From contig CM114271.1 in assembly GCA_050084515.1 (NCBI GenBank), forward strand, positions 12,958,001 through 13,022,000: a stretch of DNA of 64,000 nucleotides, read 5' to 3'. The stretch is from Blasia pusilla. Taxonomy: Eukaryota. A model generated the notes under the pieces. That model was given only the letters and a program-made list of their open reading frames with translations, had not been told where the DNA came from and ran no database searches. Positions 25,649 through 35,860 of this stretch are shown here, in pieces; positions within the stretch are counted from its first letter, which is position 1; each line of letters begins with the position of its first letter. The position numbers and the translations under genes were made by a program.

Positions 25649-26029
25649 ACTAGCCCGCAAGCGGGCTCTAAGGCTAGCATCTTAATCCACAACTAGCGTG
25701 CAGGTGGGCTCCAAGTCCACCAAAAATCCCACGCGTGCGCTTGGCGGCCCGCGCCTTATCCCGCACAAAGGCTCCAAGGCCCACGACAAGCCTGCGCGCC
25801 AGCTCTAAGGCCCATGTCCTAGCTTGCACGCGGATTCCAGGGGCCCAGAACTAGCCTGCAGGCGGGCTCGGCAGCCCGCAACTAGCCCGGAGGCGGGCTC
25901 CAAGGCTCGCGACTGTGGCCCGCATCCTTGCCCACACCCTTCATTGAAGCCCGCACGTTGGCCTGCACCCTTCATTGGAGCTCGCACCTGTTCCCGCGGA
26001 TTAAGCCCGCGCCTAAAAAACCCGTGCTT

Positions 26030-26099
26030 GTGATCGGTTTTCCATATCGGTGGTCATGTCCGTCCCATGGACAGACTTTTCCGTTTCCATGCAACCTTG
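26030..26099. mobile_element. Terminal fragment of a second copy of the same MITE family
   Basis: Ends ATGCAACCTTG (reverse complement of CAAGGTTGCAT) and carries the same ATGTCCGTCC-ATGGA motif as 25374-25390. Confidence 0.7.
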
Positions 26100-26510
26100 G
26101 TCCCTCCCCGTCCGTTCTCTTCAATCCATAAAGGCGCAATATCACCTGATCACAACTATAGTGATAGAGATATTAGGCCGCCGCATATCGTAAGCTTATG
26201 GATTTAACCTCTTGACGGCCTCTACACATAAGTAATGTTTTTTTCCCTCTTCTAGATCATCTATCCTTTCTATGTGGATTCCACTTATGGTGTCTATCCA
26301 CATAAATTTCCGCTCTTGAAGGGGCCTCCACTGATCTAACAAATCAATTTTTTTACTTGACTTCTTGCTTCATCATCATCGCTTGATAAGAAGATCGTCT
26401 TGATACACAGTCGAAGCATCATTCAAATAATCCTATAAGTGTGACATAAACTTTTTAACTTGTGATTTCTAGTAGACTTTTCTGAATAGATTCTAGGGGA
26501 ATAGCCATTA
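26100..26510. repeat. Dispersed repeat, copy 1 (copy 2 at 43061-43480)
   Basis: Both start GTCCCTCCCC..CCGTTCTCTTCAATCCATAA and stay colinear (TAAGCTTATG, CTCTACACATAAGT, AACAAATCAATTT, ATCGCTTGATAA, TAAGTGTGA, TGATTTCTAGT). Confidence 0.85.
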
Positions 26511-27915
26511 GACTTAATACGAAGATGAGTTTACTAGGCTTGCTTTCTATTGTCTTCAAAAATTATTCATCCAAACTAAATGGAGATCAACCAATTTTGA
26601 AATCAAGAGGGTATCCCTCTTCCACATTAGATGCCACTCTACCGCTTGGATCTAAACCTCCAATTTGATTATTGTAGCAACTATATAAAGTACCAATTCT
26701 ATCCAACTCACCCAACCATGTCATATGAGTGAAATCCTGCACAAGGCTTCTTGGAAAAGGTCCAACACCTTCATAAGATCTCCAGATCCAATTCCTCTTG
26801 ATTCGTCCCGTGTAACTTCTGGTGGGAAAATTTTGAAAGCTAGAACCAAAGGAAATATTAACACTACCAACAAGAAAAGAAGTTGGAAGACCGCAATTCT
26901 TGATCCCCAAGCTTCATTTTGGAATAACTTCACCCCTGGTCATCTGTAAAACTACAAAAATTTTAAGAAGATGCAACAAATTTTTAAAAATGATCTTAGC
27001 TGAGAGCTAAGATCATTTTTTTCCAAGGATTTTGAGCTTATGAGACTAAATTATTGCTTGTGTTGTGCGTAATTAACAAGATCTTAACCATCCATCCTCT
27101 TTATAAGAATGTTTTCCATCACCCATCCAATTCTTAGGGCCATCCGGTGGTGGGAAGTTTATATTCAACCAAGATATTTTTGCAAAGCACGTGCGGTATT
27201 ATAAGAGGGGATTAGTGAAGGTAAGGTCCCAAAAAAATCCTGAAACGTTTTGGGAGCATGAAAAATTAGAGTTGGAGGCTTGGTGATTTTTTTTAAGGCC
27301 TGTGCATGGGGATTAAGCATAGTATTTTTAATTCCAACTAAAAAATAGGAAAGTATGATTAGAACCATTTAAGTGATTTCAAAGGATACTAGTATTTTTC
27401 ATCTAAAGTTTAAGGCCCATCTAATTGTTGGAAATTTTGTTTGCTTGTAGTTTGTTGTCTCTATGTTTTCCTATTTTTCCAATGGGTTCCTTTCCTTTCC
27501 TTTTTTTAGTTTTCAAAAAAGTTTTCTCTCCTTCCCTTCTCTTCCTCTTCTCCTCCACATTGGATTTCCATCACTTCAGTTTTTTTTTCTTGCTTTGGTT
27601 CCTTTCCTTTCCTTTCCCCCTTCTCCTCTTTCCTTGTTTCCTTTCTTAATCCCTTCCTTTACTTTTTCTTTCTTTCCTTTGGTTCCCTTTCCCTACCCCT
27701 TCATTTCTCTTCTCTAGTCGCCGCCATCCTTCCTTCCTTTTCTTCCTTCCCTCCCCTCCTCTTCTTGTCTCTTTCCCTGAAACTCCCGCGTGCGCGATTC
27801 GGGAGTTTCATAACTGCAAAGTCCGCTTCACTTCCCGCCTCGTACTCCAAGTCCCCTTGCTACTACTACTCTCAATCGAGGAGGGCTGCAATCCGTGACT
27901 ATTTAAAAGAGAGGG

Positions 27916-27918
<3 letters not shown>

Positions 27919-28004
<86 letters not shown>
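27919..28004. repeat. (TC)43 microsatellite
   Basis: Read directly. Confidence 0.97.
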
Positions 28005-28008
<4 letters not shown>

Positions 28009-28046
28009 GGGTCTATGGTCACAAGGCTATGACAATACTCCTTTAG

Positions 28047-28968
28047 ACACAAAAGGCTAGTTTGTGCAATTTCTAATTAAAGACTTTATATGGTCCGAAG
28101 CAAGTTGGACATGGATGGAATGAGAATTGGGATTGCTCCTTATTGGCACTTGGTTGGCGGTGCTCTGATTCTAATCCATGTCTCTACACAATGAAGATGT
28201 ATCACTTAGTCCTTGCCCTTATTGTGTACCTTGACGATGTGTTGAATGGAGGGAAATGTTTTTAGATCATTGTGACTCAAAAGGAAGCTTTGCAGAGGTG
28301 CTATAAGATCAAAGACCTTGGTGAGTTGAATCATTTTCTTGGCATCACTTTTTCTCGAAGTAAAGGAGATGGAGCCATTAGTTTGAGCCAAACTAAGTAC
28401 ATCTCTCAAAAGCTTGAAGAATTTGGGATGAAAGAGGAAAAAGTTTTTGCAACACCAATGGAGCCCGTGCATTTAATCATTCATGAGAATGATATGCCAC
28501 TCGACTCAAAAGGAGTCAAATTGTATCAACAAGCATTGGGATCTTTTTTGTATTTGGCAAATGCAACTAGGTATGATATCTCTTTTGCTTGCCAACACTT
28601 TGCACAATATTTATCTCGACCTTGCACATCACATTGGCAAGGAGTGAAACAAGAGTTTTGATACTTGCAAGGAACTAAGAAACTAGTATTGCGATACCTT
28701 GGCAGACATGCAAGCTTGGAACTTGTAGGATATAGCGATGCAGATTAGGGAGGTCACAAGGAGACACGATGTTCAGTTGGAGGTTTCACTTTCACACTAA
28801 GCAAAGCAGCAATCTCTTTGTCAAGCAACAAATAGACAACACACTCTCTCTCATCAACAGAAGGAGAATATGCTGCTGCCACTATTGTAGCAAACAAAGC
28901 TCTATGGCTTGAAAAGGCAGTGGGAGATTATTGGATCAAGCAACCATATCTAATCGTCATTCATGAGG
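28047..28968 (+). pseudogene. Ty1/Copia B reverse transcriptase and N-terminal RNase H
   Basis: KTLYGPKQ..W, VYLDDVL, IKDLGELNHFLGI, LSQTKY, TPM, YQQALGSFLYL..TRYDISFA, GYSDAD, SSTEGEY; ends ..IVIHE. Confidence 0.93.
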
Positions 28969-29589
28969 AACACCAATTTTGGCATTTCTGGTGAATTAAC
29001 ACATTTATGGGTTTTCGACTTTCTTGAAGTCATGCTTACAAGTAAAATAAGGACTTAAGTCCATTTACATATGACCATGTATTCAAGTTCTTTTGCAACC
29101 AATCAAGTCTCTTTTAGTCGCCGACAGCCTATATAGTATGATCTTGAAGTTAATGTTGAGAATGATGTTAATAATGTTTATTTTGTTTGTTTCTTTCGAC
29201 ATCTCGGGAGAGCGAAGGCTAGCGTGTGATGTGGTTAAAGTTTTCCTAAACATGTTAGAGCAATATTTGCAACAGAAAATAATTTATTTCGCGACTTTAC
29301 AGTAAAGGAGGTGGCAGACGATTGATTTTCGCCAAGGTTTGTGCGTTCGTCAGCCAAATCAAAGCTTAAGACCAAAGCATTCTCAAGTGAAGAAACAAAT
29401 AATCTTGGCCTCATGGACCCTCCGCCCCAACCCCACTTCTCCCCAGTCAGCAAGAATCTATAAAGTCTTGCTGCCGATATATCTACTACTTTCCGCTAAA
29501 GGAGTTGTTCGGGCTTTGGAATACATCCTACTGATATTTCTTCGGCATTTGGAACTATTGTTCCACTGGAAGGTTATTGAATGGCGTTT

Positions 29590-31125
29590 GGAACTCTAGT
29601 TCCAAATGAACTCAGAAGTATTTGGTTTCTACCGGTTGAGATAGACCTGAAATTGACAGCGCAATGTGATGGTTCGGCCCCGGAGAAGATTCCATTGAGT
29701 GCCAAGACAAAGCAATCGGAACTCTAGTTCCAAATGAGGATGGGGATTTCCCGTTACCGGATGCCTTCTATGGCCGGAATTGGATCTTAGGATCCAATTT
29801 GACTCAGACTAAACTTGGCTCCAAATGACGTTCAGTGGTGCGGTAATTTGGGACACAATCAGAATTGGGGTTCCGATTCTACACTTGTTGTCGACTTATT
29901 GGGATATAAGCAGCGGGTCATTCGGACCCACAGTTCCAATTGAAAATTGGGGTTAAATATTTCCGGATACCTTCTGGGGCAAGAATTGGATCTTCGATTC
30001 CAATTGGACAAACAGAATTTACCTTCTCATTCTACATTTGTTTCCGACCTATTGGGATGCAAGGAGCAGGCCATTTGGAACTACAGTTCCAATTGAGGAT
30101 GGGGATTTCTCTTTATCGGACACCTTCTATGGCCGGAATTGGATCTTAGGATCCAATTGGACTCAGACTAAGTTTGGCTCCAAATGACCTTCAATAGGCT
30201 CGACAGTTTGGGAGACAATTGGAACTAAGGTTCTGATTTTCCACTTGTTGCCAACCTATTGGGATACAAGGAGCAGGAAATTCGGATCTACAGTTCCAAT
30301 TGAGGATGGGGATTTCCCTTTACCAGACGCCTTTTGCGGCCGGAATTGGATCTAAGGATCCAATTAGACTTAGACTAAGTTTGGCAACAATTGACCTTCA
30401 GGGGACACGATAGTTTGGGATAGAATCAAAACTAAGATTCTGATTGTACACTTGTTGCCAACCTATTAGGGTGCAAGAAGCAGGCCATTCAAAACTGTAG
30501 TTCCAATCGAGGATGGGGATTTCCCTTTACCGGACGCCTTCTACGGCCAAAATTGGATCTTAGGATCCAATTGGACTTAGACTAAGTTTGGCTCCAAATG
30601 ACCTTCAACGAGCGCGACAATCTCGGACACAATTGGAACTAAGGTTCTGGTTCCCCACTTGTTGCCGACCTATTGGGATGCAAGGAGCAGGAAATTTGAA
30701 ACTACAGTTCCAGTCAAGGATGGGGATTTTCCTTTATCAGATGCCTTCTGCGGCCGGAATTGGATCTTAGTATCCAATTGGACGCAGACTGAGTTTGGCT
30801 CCGAATGACCTTCAGAGGGCACGGTAGTTTGGGACAGAATCAGAACTAAGATTTTGATTGTACACTTGTTGCCGACCTATTGGGACGCAAGGAGGAAACC
30901 ATTCAGAACTACAGTTCCAATCAAGGATGGGGATTTCCCTTTACCGGACACCTTGTGCAGCCGGAATTGGATCTTAGGATCCAATTAGACTAAGTCCAAG
31001 TTTGGCTCCAAATAACTTTGAGCGAGCACGGAAGTTTTGGACACAATCATAACCAAAGTTTTGATTCTATAATTTTTCCCGACGAAGGGATCTCAAGAGC
31101 AGGCTTAATGGAACTATAGTTCCAA
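29590..31125. repeat. Tandem array 1: 207-bp unit, ~7 copies, three 14-bp quasi-palindromes per unit
   Basis: The anchor (G/A)AGGATGGGGATTT recurs at 29736, 30095, 30302, 30509, 30716 and 30923. Units contain GGAACTACAGTTCC, AATTGGATCTTAGGATCCAATT and GGAACTAAGGTTCT. Confidence 0.95.
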
Positions 31126-31761
31126 TTCATCTAGAGGATGGCAACGTTGAGGATGCAAGCTCTACAATAAGAAACTGGACACACATATCATATAATAAGT
31201 CCATTGCACGATCATTAGATGATAGTTAATATGATCATTGAATATATAAGATTTGGAACTCAAGTTCCAATTCGGGTTGATTAAAAAATATGCCTGACAA
31301 TCATATGGCTTCGCAGTCTTTAGATTCCACTTTCTGCAATATGTTACAGTTCTCGCAATCTTAGCTTCCATTCTCTACAATAGGTTATAATTCCAGTTGT
31401 ACATGACTACAAATATCAAGTACCAGAGAATTTACAAATGGTGACAATACATTTCCAATAAGAGGAGATTCTCATCCGTTGCTATATCTTTGACATTGAT
31501 GGGCTCAAACCTGGGCAACATACTTCTTGAATCCATCCACTTCAATATGGTACATTTCAGGTTCTATTTGCAAATGTACCCAATGGCATCAAAATAGAGT
31601 ATCATTTCAGCTACCTATTACCCTCAGTGAGGTCTCTTCGTGCTCAATCGCAAGAGTATCTCATCCGTGGAAAGGTTGGTAATCTCCTCCTCAATCTCAT
31701 GGATATACTTATTGAGTCTATTGGCGAAGTTACTCCAACTAAACCTTCCCTCCCTCGAAGT

Positions 31762-33324
31762 CTAAACAATCCTCGTGAAATCAATTTGGAGATCTTCCTT
31801 TAGGGACTGGTAGATAGCTTGGAACTTATCGTAAGTCTTCTTCTGATACTCCTTGTCCAAACTATGCAGGTCCATATCCCAATCCTTAGCCTTTGCGACA
31901 ATGTAGCGAAAAGACGATGCTTCAGTTCGTGTAGGCCATACTCGTGAAGGAAACAACGGGCAACTTCTTGCCCGATCATCATCAAGCACTTCAGGTGGTT
32001 TTTGGAGATCATTCCCTTCGATGGAATAGTCGAATACGTTATCCACCAAAGCAGATGCCTTGGAGTTGAAGAAGATTTGGTACACCTTCTTACATTCTTG
32101 GTCCAGGCGAGAACCTAGAGTATCTACAATGGTGATCGACTTGGCTACAACCCTTAGTACAAAGTGATGGCCATGCAGGGTGACGATAAACACCTTCTCG
32201 GTTCCATCGTGTTGCACCACTTCATTCCACACAATATCTATGCTCTCATCTAGCATGGCATCATAAGGGAAAACATCATAAATATAAGGGAGGGAGACAT
32301 AATCCACAAAGCTCATATTGGTGTTGATGTAGACACCAAATGACAGTCCACCCTTCTGACTCCACTTTGCTACGGACTCCACGTCTAAGAAGCCGCTTTT
32401 ATCAATGACGTCCTTAAAACCAGACTGATTATCCCACTTCGCATACAAGCAAGCCCCCAACTTCACGATGCCATCGAGAACTCTAGCTGGGAGATATTTT
32501 TCTGTCGGATACTCCAAACACCACCTGGCAGTAAGGAAGGCATTGATACTACATGTTGAACTCGCAACTTCCACTAAATTCTGATCCACGCCGTCGAAGA
32601 TGACATTTGCAATGATCTCTAGTCTTGGATATTTCTTGCATACAGTCCGAGTCAAATGTCGAGGTAAAATTTGGAATAAGACCGAGGCCTTTAGCTTTTC
32701 CTGGATTGCATGGAGAAGACGTTTGCCATTACTGCCACTAGATTGTGGCTTTGGAAAACCAATCTGCCTAGTACTAATAAAATGACTAACACTCATCTCA
32801 TCTAGGAAACTCTCTTTCATTATCAGAAGGTAAGAGAGAAGAGTACCGGCCTCGCAATGATTTTTTTCGTCTCGAGATCTTGGAAGTTTATTAAATTTCG
32901 GAAGGGTTATAATGCTATTTGGATCATTCAAAAGGAGGGAATTAATTCCAATGTCCACCAGGACTGTATTCTTTGGGCAACAGAAGTTTCCAAACTCTCT
33001 AACAGCGTAAAAGAACGGCAGATCTTTCACATACTTCAAGAGATCCTTTGTCCCCTTTTGAACAGAGCAGTCCCGCACAAACCAAAAACATTTGGCCTTT
33101 TTTACGAAATATTCAGACAAATAGCAAGAATTTGCTAGCATCTCAAGCATTTCAAGCGCATCTTCCCTATTCATCATGGTCCAGAACCCATAATCATATT
33201 CTCTCTCTATCATTTCAATTAGTATTCTGATGTAGGGGGGGACAAATACATCCCGCCCATCTCTCGACATGAAGGCATTGTTTCCCCTAAGGCCGAGGGG
33301 ATACGATTTGCTAACCCTGTCCAT
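31762..33324 (-). CDS. 520-aa ORF: FCP1/NIF-like HAD domain + herpes-tegument-like (VTD/C76-type) cysteine protease domain
   Basis: N-part VFVPPY..YGFWT..DC..KDL..NTVLVD..NDPNSIITLPKF, preceded in frame (across one TGA) by PLLILKIDG. C-part SSTC258SINA..VLDGIVKLGACLY..FIVTLHGH386HFVL..IVD401TLG..LQIDF. Confidence 0.7.
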   Translation of the reverse strand: MDRVSKSYPLGLRGNNAFMSRDGRDVFVPPYIRILIEMIEREYDYGFWTMMNREDALEMLEMLANSCYLSEYFVKKAKCFWFVRDCSVQKGTKDLLKYVKDLPFFYAVREFGNFCCPKNTVLVDIGINSLLLNDPNSIITLPKFNKLPRSRDEKNHCEAGTLLSYLLIMKESFLDEMSVSHFISTRQIGFPKPQSSGSNGKRLLHAIQEKLKASVLFQILPRHLTRTVCKKYPRLEIIANVIFDGVDQNLVEVASSTCSINAFLTARWCLEYPTEKYLPARVLDGIVKLGACLYAKWDNQSGFKDVIDKSGFLDVESVAKWSQKGGLSFGVYINTNMSFVDYVSLPYIYDVFPYDAMLDESIDIVWNEVVQHDGTEKVFIVTLHGHHFVLRVVAKSITIVDTLGSRLDQECKKVYQIFFNSKASALVDNVFDYSIEGNDLQKPPEVLDDDRARSCPLFPSRVWPTRTEASSFRYIVAKAKDWDMDLHSLDKEYQKKTYDKFQAIYQSLKEDLQIDFTRIV

Positions 33325-33640
33325 AATTCAGAAAATATTTCCGTCAATTTTGAGGATAAGAAGAGGCCTAAGGGATTTCACCTATCCACCAACCAATGCA
33401 AGATATTAGCCTCTCAAAGAGGGAATTAGAACTATAGTTCCATCAGGAAATATTCATTCACTGAACTATCACAGTGCTAGGTTGGTGTCCAACATTTTGA
33501 CTTGCATCAGGCTCCTTTGGTTCATAGTAGTGTCGGTAATCACCAGGCTACGTGAAACACTTCAGTATTAGGAATAATCCCAAATTTACAAGTGTAAGAT
33601 TGGCTAAAACTGGTTCACAATGGGTAAAAATTCACATTAC

Positions 33641-34224
33641 CTTCTTCCAATAAGAGGGCAAATCGCATTGTCGGATGAACTCCCATGGAGTGTGGAAGTG
33701 GCCATTGAATATGTTGAGCCACAGAAGTTTGACATAATGTGTCAAAATTCTTATGAGAAAACTATCTTTTGAAGATGATGCCTTATATTTCGGCACCTTC
33801 ACAAAATATTGTACACTATCGTGGTGGTTCTCGTTTCCGACCATGTCCAAAAAAAAATCTGTTGCTGGCTGTCCAAATCCAGCCAACTTCTTGTTGCCTT
33901 GTCAAAATAGTTTAGCAGTTTGAATGGAGCCGCTTGACCTCCACACGGATTGTCATTTGTACCAACCAAATTGAACCCAACCGGGGGAACATTCCTCTCT
34001 TGTAAATGATTCAAAATTGCAGCCTCCATTTTGGCCAGACTATCTTCATTCTTACATGTTCACATGCCCAAAGCAAAGTAATCACTAGCTGCGTGGAGAA
34101 AATATCCATACCCTCGTATGATGCTAATACTTTCCAAGTTGCCAGAGTTTTGATAAGCAAGGCCGAATAGCAGGACCTCGTGCGGTTCAAAAAGCAGCAT
34201 GATTTTACCAGATCTCGGTCGAGT
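33641..34224 (-). pseudogene. Exon encoding a second degenerate FCP1/NIF-like domain
   Basis: Acceptor ATGTAG then TRPRSGKIMLLFEPHEVLL..IIRGYGYFLHAASDYFALGM*TCK..(frameshift in T-run)..FLDMVG..FVKVPKY..DSFLIRILTHYVKLL..WKK, donor GTAATG. Confidence 0.55.
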
Positions 34225-35384
34225 CTACATCAAACATTTCTTTCATCAAAATCCAAAGAATCATACAGAAATACAAAGGCGATGCAAGGTTGTAGGAGAA
34301 AATGAAACACAACATGAAAATAGAAGTCCTCAACTCTCAGACTGGTAACATTACATTAACTACTATACCTCTCGTGTGCTGAAGGGATGCACGGGAAAAA
34401 CCCTTATACTTCATAATACAATTGAAAGAAGGTAGTCACAGGGGAATGAATGGGAATTGAAGTTATGATTAAGATATGAATGAAAATGATTGTCACTTCA
34501 AGCTCCCCTACGTGCTAAAATCCAAAGATCTAATTTCCCTACTCATTTCCCTAATGGTATCCAAAGAGGTTCTATCCTCCATGCTCGACTTTATGGAACC
34601 ACCACCCGCTAGTTATCTCAACTCTCTTTCGGCATGATCAAAGTCTATGTGAAACCCTTGATAGTAAAGATGCCGATTGAGTCTTACCAAGGACGAGGTC
34701 CCTTGGTCGATGTTGGTCTGTTGGCCAGTACTATGTGGAGATGTTCCATGTGCTGGGGATGGATTATTATGCTTATTTTTCTTTGAAGGTTTCACGGCTA
34801 TAATTTTCGGAGATGCGTCCGAACCGCTAAAGTCTCCAAATTTTGTTGATACTCTTCTACGTAGGATCCGTTTCATTTTTTTTTATCGGTCCATATTTCC
34901 TAGAGAAGCCTTCAGTGCAATGACTCTATATGTCCTAGATATGTTAGTGTTGGTTCTCCCTTCATATTGTGGCCTAGCAACTTTCTTCGGCAATGTACTT
35001 CTTGCCGAAGCCGTAGGCTTTGTAGGCACTAGAGCTCGAGGTGGAACTTGAGACCCATCGTTTTTATGTGCATTTACACATTTGATTGTTAAATTGTGTC
35101 TAGAGTCGTCAGAATCCAATATTTCGAGTGCAATGGCTAAGTCAGTCCCGAGGATAGTATTTCCTACTTTTCTAAGTTGCAAGTCACCAAGCACTGAACA
35201 CTCAAACGTCAACCTACTACGCGTTCCACCGTGTGACTCCTGTATGAAACCACGATATGAGGTCTTCTTTTCTGAATTCAAAGTGTGGAGACCCTAAACA
35301 CAACGAGAACTTTAGATGAGTTAATCACTACTTTAGTTGCTCACATGATTCAGAGAAGCCGGTGACGTTGCAATGAGCTTTTTC

Positions 35385-35860
35385 GTACCCTCGAGTCCCT
35401 CAATCCCCTTTTCTCCCTGTGGAGTCTGCTTTTCCACTCCCTCGTTCTCCTCGTCTCCTTGTATAGTGGCAAAATGTTTGACATAATGAGAACTTAAGTT
35501 CTACATCAGTGCAAGAGGAGGTAGGAAAACTGAAAACATAATATGAAATATTAATTGGGTTGCTCACCTCAGAAGGAGATTCCGATGACAGTGGAGTCTA
35601 CTTTTCCATCCCAAGCAATCCCTCTCTCTGCTCTTCTCCCTGTGTAGTGGCAAAATGCTCCACATAATGAGAATTTAAGTTCAGCATTAGTGCAAGAAGA
35701 AGTTGGGAAACAGAAATCAGTATAGGAAAAAATAATTGAGTCGCTCACCGGAGTAGGAAAGTCCGATGACGTCAGAATCTACTTTCCCATCCCACATAGT
35801 CCCTCCCTTTCATTTTCTCCATGTGGATACTCAACGTAATGAGAAAAAAACTGTTAATTC
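35385..35860 (-). repeat. Tandem duplication of a ~180-bp exon+intron unit (2.5-3 copies)
   Basis: TAGTGGCAAAATG..ACATAATGAGAA..AGTGCAAGA..GCTCACC recurs at ~35455-35568 and ~35636-35749; short purine-rich minus-strand exons end in GTGAGC donors. Confidence 0.75.

Larger units (their letters stand above)
23340..26026 (-). mobile_element. hAT element, 5' portion with GC-rich subterminal repeats
   Basis: Many GCCCGC/GCGGGCTC motifs at 25270-26012; the sequence ends CTAAAAAACCCGTG (CACGGGTTTTTTAG on minus), a plausible hAT TIR. Partner TIR not seen. Confidence 0.6.

Noticed and set aside
27425-28046. Phe/Leu/Ser-rich ORFs
   Set aside because: Artefacts of a polypyrimidine tract and the (TC)n microsatellite.
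29940-30770. 69-codon periodic ORFs in array 1 (207 = 3 x 69)
   Set aside because: Frames are repeatedly closed by stops and the conserved features are DNA palindromes; no evidence of coding.
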